Positions 15,901 to 24,276 of a stretch of DNA of 32,000 nucleotides are shown piece by piece. Each line of letters begins with the position of its first letter. The stretch's first letter is position 1. Position numbers and translations under genes: made by a program. The DNA lies in assembly GCF_000020385.1 (NCBI RefSeq), contig NC_010814.1:870001-902000 (forward strand), in the 5' to 3' direction. This DNA is from Trichlorobacter lovleyi SZ. Its GTDB lineage: Bacteria > Desulfobacterota > Desulfuromonadia > Geobacterales > Pseudopelobacteraceae. The notes under the pieces are model-generated. The model searched no databases. It worked only from the letters and a program-made list of their open reading frames with translations, and was not told the DNA's origin.

Positions 15901-16042
15901 ACAAATGAGACCGTTCTTCTAACATAGGGGTGAAAGCCGAGTCAAGCTAAAAGTGTCGCTGTTGGTATTAAAATGTATTTGACGTTGGTGTAATCTGAAG
16001 AGGTGTTGTTTGAAGTCTGCTGCAGCTGGTAAAGCCTTTTTC

Positions 16043-16070
16043 TTGACTTGCGTCAAAAAGCCGCTATAAC
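16043..16070 (+). promoter_or_regulatory. Candidate sigma70 promoter TTGACT-N16-TATAAC overlapping the palindrome TTGAC-N4-GTCAA
   Basis: Hexamers at 16043-16048 and 16065-16070. The palindrome TTGACttgcGTCAA is at 16043-16056. This lies about 100 nt upstream of the cytochrome start. Confidence 0.4.
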
Positions 16071-16166
16071 TGCCTCGGCAGGATAAAAAAACAATGCAAA
16101 CATATATTTATGCGGATGTTTGTATATTGGTGCCTCGAGCTGAGGTTACTACACAAAGGGGGAGCA

Positions 16167-17597
16167 ATGCATATGAAACTACGGAGTATGTTTGCACATG
16201 CAGTACTGTTGCTGGGGGTGTCTCTGGCAACCGCTGCCGTCGCTGGAAACCATGCCGAGTACGTTGGTAATGGACCTTTCAAGAACGGCCCTGAAGTGAC
16301 TAAAAAATGTATCGAGTGTCACGAAAAGCAGGCCAAGGACTTTATGAAGACGAGCCATTGGACCTGGTCAAGGGAGCAGATCGTTGCCGGCAAAAAGGTC
16401 GCTGTCGGTAAGAAGGACTCCCAAAACAACTTCTGCCTTAACCTGCCGTCGAACTATCCGCGCTGTACCAGTTGTCATGCCGGTTATGGCTGGAAGGATG
16501 GCAAATTTGACTTCAGTAAGGCAGAAAATGTTGACTGTCTGATCTGTCACGACACAACCGGAACCTACAAAAAATTCCCGGCCGGCGCAGGTCATCCGGT
16601 TTATGCCGGTGAAACGAAGGAGTTCCCTAAAGGCAAGCCGTGGCCGGCTGTTGATCTGGTCAAGGTGGCCCAATCGGTTGGTGCTCCTTCCCGTGCTACC
16701 TGTGGTGCCTGCCACTTTTATGGCGGCGGTGGAGACCGGGTAAAGCATGGTGACCTGGATAGTACCTTGACCAAACCAACCCCTGACATAGATGTGCATA
16801 TGGGCAAGCTGAACTTCACCTGTCAGTCCTGCCATAAGGGTAAGGATCATGCCATGAAGGGTGAGGCTCTGTCCGTTTCCGTTGGCACCGGTCCGCGGGC
16901 CATGAACTGTACTGACTGTCACAAGACCGAACCTCACAAGAATGCCATGTATAACAAGCACGCCAGGAAAGTGGCGTGCCAGACCTGTCATATCCAGACC
17001 TTTGCAAAGGCCAAGCCGACCAAGGTCTGGTGGGATTGGTCAACTGCCGGTAAGGATGTGAAAGATGTGCCAAAAGATCAGTATGGTGAGAAGCTGTATG
17101 ACAAGATGAAGGGTGATTTCAAGTGGGAGCAGAATGTGGTGCCTACCTACTTCTGGTTTAATGGCACGGTTGACCGCCTGGTACCCGGTCAGAAGATTGA
17201 CCCCTCCAAGGTAGTGAAGATTTCCGCTTCCCGCGGTGACCGTAAGGATCCGAATGCCAAGATCATGCCGTTCAAGATTATGAGGGGTAAGCAGCCGTAT
17301 GACAGTATCAACAACACGCTTGCCTTTGTGAATGTCTTTGGTCCGCCCACCAGTGAGTCTGCCTACTGGGTCAAGTATGACTGGAACAAGGCAATTGAAG
17401 CGGGTATGAAGGCCGCCGGCCAGCCTTACAGCGGCAAGTATGGTTTTGTCGAGACATCAATGGTCTGGTCGGTAAACCATATGGTGTCTCCAAAAGACAA
17501 GTCGCTCAAGTGTGCTGACTGTCATGGTGACAAGGGGCGTCTGGACTGGAAGGCGCTTGGCTACAAGGGTGATCCTAAAAACCCGGCTAATCGTTAA
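16167..17597 (+). CDS. Periplasmic octahaem c-type cytochrome (tetrathionate-reductase/Otr-like family)
   Basis: Eight CXXCH motifs: CIECH, CTSCH, CLICH, CGACH, CQSCH, CTDCH, CQTCH, CADCH. Signal peptide MKLRSMFAHAVLLLGVSLATAAVAG. The start is ATG 16167 or 16173 (GGGGGAG RBS), not the track start at 16110. Confidence 0.8.
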   Translation: MHMKLRSMFAHAVLLLGVSLATAAVAGNHAEYVGNGPFKNGPEVTKKCIECHEKQAKDFMKTSHWTWSREQIVAGKKVAVGKKDSQNNFCLNLPSNYPRCTSCHAGYGWKDGKFDFSKAENVDCLICHDTTGTYKKFPAGAGHPVYAGETKEFPKGKPWPAVDLVKVAQSVGAPSRATCGACHFYGGGGDRVKHGDLDSTLTKPTPDIDVHMGKLNFTCQSCHKGKDHAMKGEALSVSVGTGPRAMNCTDCHKTEPHKNAMYNKHARKVACQTCHIQTFAKAKPTKVWWDWSTAGKDVKDVPKDQYGEKLYDKMKGDFKWEQNVVPTYFWFNGTVDRLVPGQKIDPSKVVKISASRGDRKDPNAKIMPFKIMRGKQPYDSINNTLAFVNVFGPPTSESAYWVKYDWNKAIEAGMKAAGQPYSGKYGFVETSMVWSVNHMVSPKDKSLKCADCHGDKGRLDWKALGYKGDPKNPANR

Positions 17598-17617
17598 GCC
17601 GGAATAGCTGGTGTTGT

Positions 17618-17665
17618 ACAAACAGGCCCGCAGATGCTTCTGCGGGCCTGTTTGTGTCTGGTTTT
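17618..17665 (+). terminator. Rho-independent terminator after the cytochrome gene
   Basis: ACAAACAGGCCCGCAG-atgctt-CTGCGGGCCTGTTTGT, a 16-bp stem, followed by GTCTGGTTTT. Confidence 0.8.
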
Positions 17666-17823
17666 GCCAGGTGGGGTGAACCATATAAAACTTGATTTTA
17701 TAGCTGTGGATAGTGTAAGTAATTTTAGTGTCAGTGAAGTGACCTGCTCTGGAGGCCCATCTAACTAACCGATTAAAATCTGTGCAGTGAAAGAAATTTT
17801 AGCGCGACTAAAACGGTGGTTTT

Positions 17824-18408
17824 ATGAAGAAGAAAAAAATGCTCCTCTCGCAGGAGACCATGGATATAGCTATGGTGCGTAAGGTTGAGGCGCTCTCGGG
17901 TACCTCGGTACGGCGCTGTTTTCAATGCGGCAAATGTTCTGCCGGTTGTCCCATGGCGACCTTTATGGAGCATCCGCCCAACCGGGTGGTGCGTCTGCTG
18001 CAGCTCGGGCAGTGGCAGCGGATCCTGGCCGGACGTTCAATCTGGTATTGCGCCTCCTGCGAGACCTGCTCGACCCGTTGCCCCAACAAGGTGCATCTGG
18101 CCTCGATCATGGATGCCCTGCGCAAGCTCTCCTGGGATCAGGATGGCCCATCAAAGGAAAGTTATGTCCAGCTTGCCAACAAGCTCTTTCTGCAGAATAT
18201 CCGTACCTATGGCCGCCAGTATGAGATGCGGCTGGCAGCGGTCTTTAACGTCAAATCCGGTCAGTTTCTGAAGGATATGATGCTGGGACCCAAGCTCTTG
18301 ACCAAAGGCAAGTTGAAAGTATTCCATCAAAAGAACAGAAATATGGCCGAGGTGGAAAAAATCTTCAGCAGGATTGAAGAGATGCGGCGTAAAGGAGAGG
18401 CGCTGTGA
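17824..18408 (+). CDS. hdrC: Heterodisulfide reductase subunit C-like (two 4Fe-4S motifs)
   Basis: CFQCGKCSAGCP and CASCETCSTRCP motifs, about 190 aa, directly upstream of and overlapping the HdrB-like gene. Confidence 0.8.
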   Translation: MKKKKMLLSQETMDIAMVRKVEALSGTSVRRCFQCGKCSAGCPMATFMEHPPNRVVRLLQLGQWQRILAGRSIWYCASCETCSTRCPNKVHLASIMDALRKLSWDQDGPSKESYVQLANKLFLQNIRTYGRQYEMRLAAVFNVKSGQFLKDMMLGPKLLTKGKLKVFHQKNRNMAEVEKIFSRIEEMRRKGEAL

Positions 18409-19283
18409 GCGAACTGCGTTATTCGTACTACCCCGGTTGCTCACTGCATGCCTCGGCCTCTGAGTATGATCTGTCCACCCGTGAGGTTTTCAAGGCGCTG
18501 GGGATCGGGCTTGATGAGGTGCCGGACTGGATCTGTTGTGGCGCCACCCCGGCCCATAATGTTGATGAATTGCTGTCACTCTCACTCTGTGCCAAGAACC
18601 TTGAACTGGCAGAGCAGGTGCCGGGTGATATGGCCGTGGCCTGTGCAGCCTGTTTTTCCCGCCTGAAGTTTGCCCAGCATGTGCTGAAGGAAAATGATCA
18701 GAAATTGCGTCAGGTCGAGCAGGCCATTGATGCCAAGGTGCCACTGGACCAGACTGTCAAACACCTGCTGGAGATACTGGTGCAGGATCTTGGTACTGAA
18801 CGGCTGAGTCAGGCGGTCAGGAAGCCGCTTTCCGGCCTCAAGGTGGCCTGCTACTACGGCTGTCTGCTGACCCGTCCGCCGGAGGTACCCCAGCTTGATG
18901 ACTGTGAGGCTCCCACCATTATGGAACGGCTGCTGCAGGCGGTAGGGGCCGAGAGCGTTGACTGGACCCACCGGATGGAGTGTTGCGGTGCAAACTTCAC
19001 CCTGTCCCGTCCCGGAGTGGTGCTGCAGTTGACCAATGCGGTGCTTGATTCAGCCAAGGCCGCCGGTGCCGACTGCATTATGGTTGGCTGCCCCCTCTGC
19101 CACGGTAATCTTGATATCAGACAAAAGGAGATTGAAGGCGTCTACTATCGCAGCTATGATATGCCGATCTTCTACCTGACCCAGCTGGTAGGACTTGCCC
19201 TGGGGGTTCCTGCTGATCGACTCGGCTTGGATGCCCTGATTGTCAGTCCTCAGCGGCTGCTCAGAGAAAAAATGCTGCTCTAA
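18405..19283 (+). CDS. hdrB: Heterodisulfide reductase subunit B-like (two CCG domains)
   Basis: YYPGCSLHA... with CCGATPAH and CCGANFTL cysteine-rich CCG motifs. ATGA-type overlap with hdrC. Confidence 0.8.
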   Translation: MSELRYSYYPGCSLHASASEYDLSTREVFKALGIGLDEVPDWICCGATPAHNVDELLSLSLCAKNLELAEQVPGDMAVACAACFSRLKFAQHVLKENDQKLRQVEQAIDAKVPLDQTVKHLLEILVQDLGTERLSQAVRKPLSGLKVACYYGCLLTRPPEVPQLDDCEAPTIMERLLQAVGAESVDWTHRMECCGANFTLSRPGVVLQLTNAVLDSAKAAGADCIMVGCPLCHGNLDIRQKEIEGVYYRSYDMPIFYLTQLVGLALGVPADRLGLDALIVSPQRLLREKMLL

Positions 19284-19293
19284 GGTGGATTCT

Positions 19294-19707
19294 ATGTTGC
19301 GTTGCCTGATTGTTGAGGATGATGAGTTGAGTCGTGAACTGCTGGCCCTGCAGATGGAGCCCTATGCCCAGTGCGACCTGGCGGAGAACGGGCGTGAAGG
19401 GCTTGACCGGTTTACTGCTGCGCTGAAGGCGGGTGAACCGTATCACCTGATCCTGCTGGATATTGTCATGCCGGAGATGGATGGTTTTGAAGCTGCCAAG
19501 GCGATCCGTAGCCATGAAGAAAAGCAGGGTGTCAGCATTGATAAAGGGGTGCAGATTGTGGTGCTGTCATCACTCAGTACCCCCCAGGATGTAATTCAGG
19601 CCTATGTGGCAGCCCAGTCCGCTGCCCATCTGGTCAAGCCGGTACAGCCGGAAAAACTGGTCAAGACCCTGCGCAAGCTGGAGTTGATTCCTACGGAGAA
19701 TGCCTAG
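19294..19707 (+). CDS. Single-domain CheY-like response regulator (receiver only)
   Basis: LIVEDDE (acidic pocket), LILLDIVMPEMDG (phospho-acceptor Asp), VVLSS (Ser/Thr), LVKP (Lys). AAGGTGGA RBS precedes the ATG at 19294. Its TAG stop abuts the hdrA ATG (TAGATG). Confidence 0.85.
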   Translation: MLRCLIVEDDELSRELLALQMEPYAQCDLAENGREGLDRFTAALKAGEPYHLILLDIVMPEMDGFEAAKAIRSHEEKQGVSIDKGVQIVVLSSLSTPQDVIQAYVAAQSAAHLVKPVQPEKLVKTLRKLELIPTENA

Positions 19708-21705
19708 ATGTCTCGAATCGGTGTCTTTGTCTGCCATTGTGGCGAAAACATCTCCCGTACTGTTGATGTGGAACAGGTGGCGGCCCAGGCGGCCAAGATG
19801 CCGGGGGTGGCCTTTGCCACCGATTACAAGTACATGTGCTCAGACCCTGGTCAGGGGCTGCTCAAAAAGGCGATCAATGAACACCGCCTGACCCACGTGG
19901 TGGTGGCTGCCTGCTCGCCCCGTATGCATGAGCGTACCTTTCGCAAGGCGGTGGAACAGGCCAGCCTGAATCCGTTTCTGTGCGAGATGGCCAATATCCG
20001 TGAGCATTGCTCCTGGGTGCATGAAGACCGGGATGAAGCTACTCAAAAAGCAACTGAGATTGTTGGCATGCTGGTGGAGCGGGTCAAGAAAAACCGGGTG
20101 CTGCCGACCATCACCGTACCGGTCACCAAGCGGGCTCTGGTGATTGGTGGCGGCATTGCCGGTATTCAGGCGGCCCTGGATATTGCCGATGCCGGTCACC
20201 AGGTGGTGCTGGTGGAGCGGGAACCGTCCATCGGCGGTCATATGGCCCAACTCTCCGAGACCTTTCCTACCCTGGACTGTTCCCAGTGTATCATGACCCC
20301 CAAGATGGTGGACGTGGCCAACCATCCCAACATCACCATGCACACCTTCAGCGAGATTGAGCAGGTGGATGGCTATATCGGCAACTTTCAGGTCACGGTC
20401 CGCAAGAAGGCCCGCTCGGTGGATGAACAGAAATGCACCGGTTGCGGGGTCTGTATGACCAAATGCCCCCAAAAGAAGATTCCCAATTCCTTTGATCGTA
20501 ATCTGGGGATGCGGACCGCCATCTATGTGCCGTTCCCCCAGGCCGTCCCCAATGTTCCGGTCATTGACCGGGATAACTGTACCATGTTCAAAAGCGGTAA
20601 GTGCGGGGTCTGTCAGAAGGTCTGCGGCCCTGGAGCGGTTGATTTTGAACAGGAGGACCGGCTGGTGGTTGAGCCGGTCGGCGCCATCGTGGTGGCCACC
20701 GGCTTTGAGCTGTACACCATTGACAAAAAGCCGGATGACTCCGCCATTGTGGGCTACGGTGAGTTTGGCTACGGTACGATTCCGGATGTGATTGACGGTC
20801 TGACCTTTGAGCGTCTGGCCTCAGCCTCCGGCCCCACCGGAGGCAAGATCCTGCGTCCCTCCGACGGCAAGGAACCCAAGCAGGTGGTCTTTATCCAGTG
20901 CGTCGGTTCCCGGGCACGGGAAAAGGGGATCTCCTACTGCTCCAAGATCTGCTGCATGTATACCGCCAAGCACACCATGCTCTACCACCATAAGGTCCAT
21001 GACGGTCAGGCCTATGTCTTTTTCATGGATGCCCGGGTGCCGGGCAAGAACTACGATGAATTCTGGCGCCGGGCCATTGAAGAGGAAGAGGCGGTCTATA
21101 TCCGCGGCATGGTCTCCCGGCTGTACCAGAAGGGGGACAAGATCGTGGTGATGGGCAGTGATATCGCAGTTGGTGTGCAGGTGGAGGTGGAGGCTGATCT
21201 GGTGGTGCTGGCCACAGCGGTTATGCCCCGCAAAGGTGCCGACACCCTGGCCCAGAAGCTGGGCATCTCCTACGACAAATACCACTTCTACTCCGAAGCC
21301 CATGCCAAACTGAAGCCGGTGGAGTGCGCCACTGCCGGTATCTATCTGTCCGGTGCCTGTCAGGGGCCCAAGGATATCCCGGATACGGTTTCACAAGCCT
21401 CAGCTGCGGCTGCCAAGGTGATGACCCTGTTTGCCAAGGATAAGCTGGAGCGGGAGCCGATTGTGGCCCGAGTGAAAGAAAACAGCTGCGTGGGCTGCTT
21501 TGCCTGCAAAAAGGTCTGTGCCTACGGTGCGGTGGAAGAGAAGGAGATCCGCGATCGCCAGGGCAACCTGATCAAGACCGTGGCCTATGTTAATCCCGGT
21601 GTTTGTGCCGGTTGCGGCACCTGCCAAGCCACCTGCCCGTCAAAATCGGTGGAGCTGGACGGCTATACCGATGAACAGATCGTTGCAATGATTGAGGCGT
21701 TGTAA
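19708..21705 (+). CDS. hdrA: Heterodisulfide reductase subunit A-like flavoprotein
   Basis: N-terminal CHCGENI cluster motif, FAD fold VIGGGIAGIQAALDIADAG, and ferredoxin motifs CTGCGVCMTKCP, CGVCQKVC, CVGCFACKKVC, CAGCGTCQATCP. Confidence 0.88.
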   Translation: MSRIGVFVCHCGENISRTVDVEQVAAQAAKMPGVAFATDYKYMCSDPGQGLLKKAINEHRLTHVVVAACSPRMHERTFRKAVEQASLNPFLCEMANIREHCSWVHEDRDEATQKATEIVGMLVERVKKNRVLPTITVPVTKRALVIGGGIAGIQAALDIADAGHQVVLVEREPSIGGHMAQLSETFPTLDCSQCIMTPKMVDVANHPNITMHTFSEIEQVDGYIGNFQVTVRKKARSVDEQKCTGCGVCMTKCPQKKIPNSFDRNLGMRTAIYVPFPQAVPNVPVIDRDNCTMFKSGKCGVCQKVCGPGAVDFEQEDRLVVEPVGAIVVATGFELYTIDKKPDDSAIVGYGEFGYGTIPDVIDGLTFERLASASGPTGGKILRPSDGKEPKQVVFIQCVGSRAREKGISYCSKICCMYTAKHTMLYHHKVHDGQAYVFFMDARVPGKNYDEFWRRAIEEEEAVYIRGMVSRLYQKGDKIVVMGSDIAVGVQVEVEADLVVLATAVMPRKGADTLAQKLGISYDKYHFYSEAHAKLKPVECATAGIYLSGACQGPKDIPDTVSQASAAAAKVMTLFAKDKLEREPIVARVKENSCVGCFACKKVCAYGAVEEKEIRDRQGNLIKTVAYVNPGVCAGCGTCQATCPSKSVELDGYTDEQIVAMIEAL

Positions 21706-21713
21706 AAACATTA

Positions 21714-21818
21714 ATCCACGAAGAGCACGAAGGGACACGAAGAATATCTAAAGAACATTTAGAGGTTGGTTTTTTAGGATTTGTTTTTTCTTCGTGAATC
21801 TTCGTGTGCTTTGTGGAT
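21714..21818. repeat. CACGAAG-type inverted-repeat element, empty copy (about 33-bp arms, about 40-nt centre)
   Basis: The left arm is ATCCACGAAGAGCACGAAGGGACACGAAGAATA. The right arm reverse complement is ATCCACAAAGCACACGAAGATTCACGAAGAAAA. The centre contains a small hairpin, TCTAAA-gaacat-TTTAGA. It fills the hdrA-mvhD spacer. Confidence 0.8.
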
Positions 21819-21835
21819 AAAAAGGTTTTGAATGT

Positions 21836-22336
21836 ATGCACCCAGATAAACCAAAACACACCTTTGAGCCCAAAATCATCGCCTTCGTCTGCACCTGGTG
21901 CACCTATGCCGGGGCTGATCTGGCCGGCACCAGCCGGATGCAGTACCCGGCCAACGTGCGGGTATTGAAATTCCCCTGTACCGGGCGGATCGATCCGGTC
22001 TTCATCCTCAAGGCGTTCCAGCAGGGGGCTGACGGCGTGCTGGTCTCCGGCTGCCATCCCGGCGACTGTCACTATATTGCCGGTAACTTCCACGCCCGGC
22101 GCAGGTTTGCCGCCTTCCGCAAGCTGCTTGAGTTTATCGGCGTTGACCTGAACCGGCTGCAGTTTTCCTGGGTCTCGGCTGCCGAGGGGGGCAAATGGGT
22201 TGAGGTCGTGACTGACCTGACCGAGCGGGTACGGGCCATGGGGCCGATGGTGGAGTTCAAGGATCTGGCCCTGGAGGAACAATGGTCAGGCTCACTCAAT
22301 ACACCGGAACTGCAAGAGGCTTACGATGCAATCTGA
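21836..22336 (+). CDS. mvhD: MvhD-like (methyl-viologen-reducing hydrogenase delta subunit family) protein / FlxD-like
   Basis: KIIAFVCTWCTYAGADLAG...LKFPCTGRIDP...SGCHPGDCHY is typical of MvhD. The gene follows hdrA. Confidence 0.85.
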   Translation: MHPDKPKHTFEPKIIAFVCTWCTYAGADLAGTSRMQYPANVRVLKFPCTGRIDPVFILKAFQQGADGVLVSGCHPGDCHYIAGNFHARRRFAAFRKLLEFIGVDLNRLQFSWVSAAEGGKWVEVVTDLTERVRAMGPMVEFKDLALEEQWSGSLNTPELQEAYDAI

Positions 22337-23252
22337 TACCGTAGATACCTCCTGTCATGCTGCAATTACTGAAGCGGTCCGTACTGAAGCAAGACGTATT
22401 CTGTCTGATGGTACGGTTACGGCGGTCATTGGCTATGCTGCCGGTCGTCGTAAAGGCTCCACCCAGCCGATTGTTATCACTTTTGCTGACGATGCCGACA
22501 AGTTAATCTTCTCTGCTGCCTGTGTGAATAACCTTGCGGTCTACCTGACCAAGGCCAAGAAGGATGTGCCTAAAACCGGCAAACTTGCAGTTGTGGTCAA
22601 AAGCTGTGACCTCAAGGCACTGGTGGGGTTGATGGGTGAAGCACAGCTTAAGCGGGAGGATCTCTACCTGATCGGTATTCCCTGTACCGGCGTGCTGGGA
22701 TCGGTTCTGCAACCTGCCGCGGTACTGACAACGGACAACATTGCATCCAAGTGCTGTGAATGTGCTGAGCGCCTGCCGCCGGGGTGTGATTTTGTACCGT
22801 CGGTGGACCTGCCCCGGCAGCTCCGGTTTGAGCAACGCTACACTGATGAAATAGCCAGGCTTGAGGCCATGTCACCGGCAGAACGCTGGGAATACTGGAA
22901 AGAGCAGTTCAGTAAATGTATCAAGTGCTATGCCTGCCGTCAGGTCTGCCCGTTTTGTTTTTGTGAACAGTGCCTCTGTGATCGCAACCGTCCCCAGATG
23001 GTGGAACAGACCCCTCGGCCTGCCGGCAACACCGCCTGGCATCTGGTACGGGCCATGCATCTGGCAGGTCGTTGCGCCGGCTGTGCCGAATGTGAGCGGG
23101 CCTGTCCGATGGATATCCCGCTTAACCTGCTGAACCGCAAGATGGCCAGGGAACTGAAGGCGCTGTTTGACAGCGAGGCGGGCTTTGAGGTACGGGACAA
23201 GGGGCCGCTGAACAGCTATGACGAGCATGATGACCAGTCGTTCATCCGTTAG
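22326..23252 (+). CDS. Iron-sulfur cluster-binding protein (Flx/Hdr-associated, FlxC-like)
   Basis: Cys clusters CIKCYACRQVCPFCFCEQC and CAGCAECERACP. Overlaps mvhD by 11 nt. Confidence 0.6.
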   Translation: MQSDTVDTSCHAAITEAVRTEARRILSDGTVTAVIGYAAGRRKGSTQPIVITFADDADKLIFSAACVNNLAVYLTKAKKDVPKTGKLAVVVKSCDLKALVGLMGEAQLKREDLYLIGIPCTGVLGSVLQPAAVLTTDNIASKCCECAERLPPGCDFVPSVDLPRQLRFEQRYTDEIARLEAMSPAERWEYWKEQFSKCIKCYACRQVCPFCFCEQCLCDRNRPQMVEQTPRPAGNTAWHLVRAMHLAGRCAGCAECERACPMDIPLNLLNRKMARELKALFDSEAGFEVRDKGPLNSYDEHDDQSFIR

Positions 23253-23267
23253 AGAAAGATACTGACT

Positions 23268-24272
23268 ATGCAGAAACAGATTACCGAAGCTAATTTTCGC
23301 CTGTTGCTGGACAGCCTGCTGTTCAAGGGGCAGCGGGTGGTGGGGCCACGCAGGTCAGGCAGTACGGTGCTGTACGAACCGTTGGCCTCGGCCTCCGACC
23401 TGGTGATTGATGAGCTACCACGCCGTTCAGTCAAAGAGGCTTTTTTTCCGGTCTGTGAAGATCTGCTGGAGTACCGCAAGGAAGGCCAGCAGGTGCAACT
23501 GACCGATGTTACGCCAGAGCGTTTTCCTGAGACGGTACTGATCGGGGTGCGGCCCTGTGATGCCGCAGCCGTACCGGTGCTGGATGCAGTCTTCTCCTGG
23601 GATTACAAGGATCAGTTTTTTCTGGAACGCCGGGCCAGAACCACCATCATCGGTCTGGCCTGCACCACGGCAGATGACGCATGTTTCTGTACTGCGGTCG
23701 GCCTTTCTCCCCATGATCCAAAGGGTGCAGATCTGATGTTAACCCCATTGGTCGGGGGGGGCTTTCTGGTGGAGAGCCAGAGTGACAAAGGTGAGGCGTT
23801 TCTTGAAACCTGGAAGGATCGTTTTGCAGAGCGGGACGGTACGCAGCCCCAGGAACTGGCAACACCGGCAACCCAGCCGTTTGACCTGAAGAAGATCAAG
23901 GCCTGGCTGGATAAGCATTTTGAAGATGCTGCCTGGGACAGTATTGCCACCCGTTGTGTGGGTTGCGGCGCCTGTGCCTTTGTCTGCCCGGCCTGCCACT
24001 GCTTTGATATTGTGGATGAAGGCAGCGAAAAGGCCGGCAAGCGCCGTAAATTCTGGGACGCCTGCGGGTTTTCAAAGTTCACCAATCATGCCTCAGGCCA
24101 CAATCCCCGTGACCTGCAGCCCAAGCGCTACCGTAACCGGATCATGCACAAATTCAAGTATTACGACGACAAATTCGGCCAGACCCTCTGTACCGGTTGC
24201 GGGCGCTGCATCAGGATCTGTCCGGTGGGGATCGATATTGCCGGGGTGCTGGAAGAGATAGAGGGAAAATAA
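23268..24272 (+). CDS. 4Fe-4S dicluster protein, sulfhydrogenase-beta/AsrA-like (FlxB-like)
   Basis: CVGCGACAFVCPACHCFD and CTGCGRCIRICP motifs. The N-terminal part resembles HydB/AsrA-type proteins. Confidence 0.6.
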   Translation: MQKQITEANFRLLLDSLLFKGQRVVGPRRSGSTVLYEPLASASDLVIDELPRRSVKEAFFPVCEDLLEYRKEGQQVQLTDVTPERFPETVLIGVRPCDAAAVPVLDAVFSWDYKDQFFLERRARTTIIGLACTTADDACFCTAVGLSPHDPKGADLMLTPLVGGGFLVESQSDKGEAFLETWKDRFAERDGTQPQELATPATQPFDLKKIKAWLDKHFEDAAWDSIATRCVGCGACAFVCPACHCFDIVDEGSEKAGKRRKFWDACGFSKFTNHASGHNPRDLQPKRYRNRIMHKFKYYDDKFGQTLCTGCGRCIRICPVGIDIAGVLEEIEGK

Positions 24273-24276
24273 TTTG

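Noticed and set aside
16110-16166. Upstream start (MRMFVYWCLELRLLHKGGA) for the cytochrome
   Set aside because: It has no RBS, and it would place non-signal sequence before a clear signal peptide. The GGGGGAG RBS supports ATG 16167/16173.
16368-16991. 207-aa minus-strand ORF within the cytochrome gene
   Set aside because: It is an antisense shadow. The plus strand carries eight in-frame CXXCH motifs.
19840-22282. Several 160-230-aa minus-strand ORFs across hdrA/mvhD (19840-20472, 20821-21303, 21590-22282)
   Set aside because: These are antisense shadows of strongly supported Fe-S/flavoprotein genes in high-GC DNA. The 21590-22282 ORF also reads through the inverted-repeat element.
19708-22336. 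Possible selenocysteine (in-frame TGA) recoding in hdrA/mvhD, prompted by selA nearby
   Set aside because: Both ORFs are continuous from start to stop with no internal TGA and with full-length domain content, so there is no evidence for Sec here.
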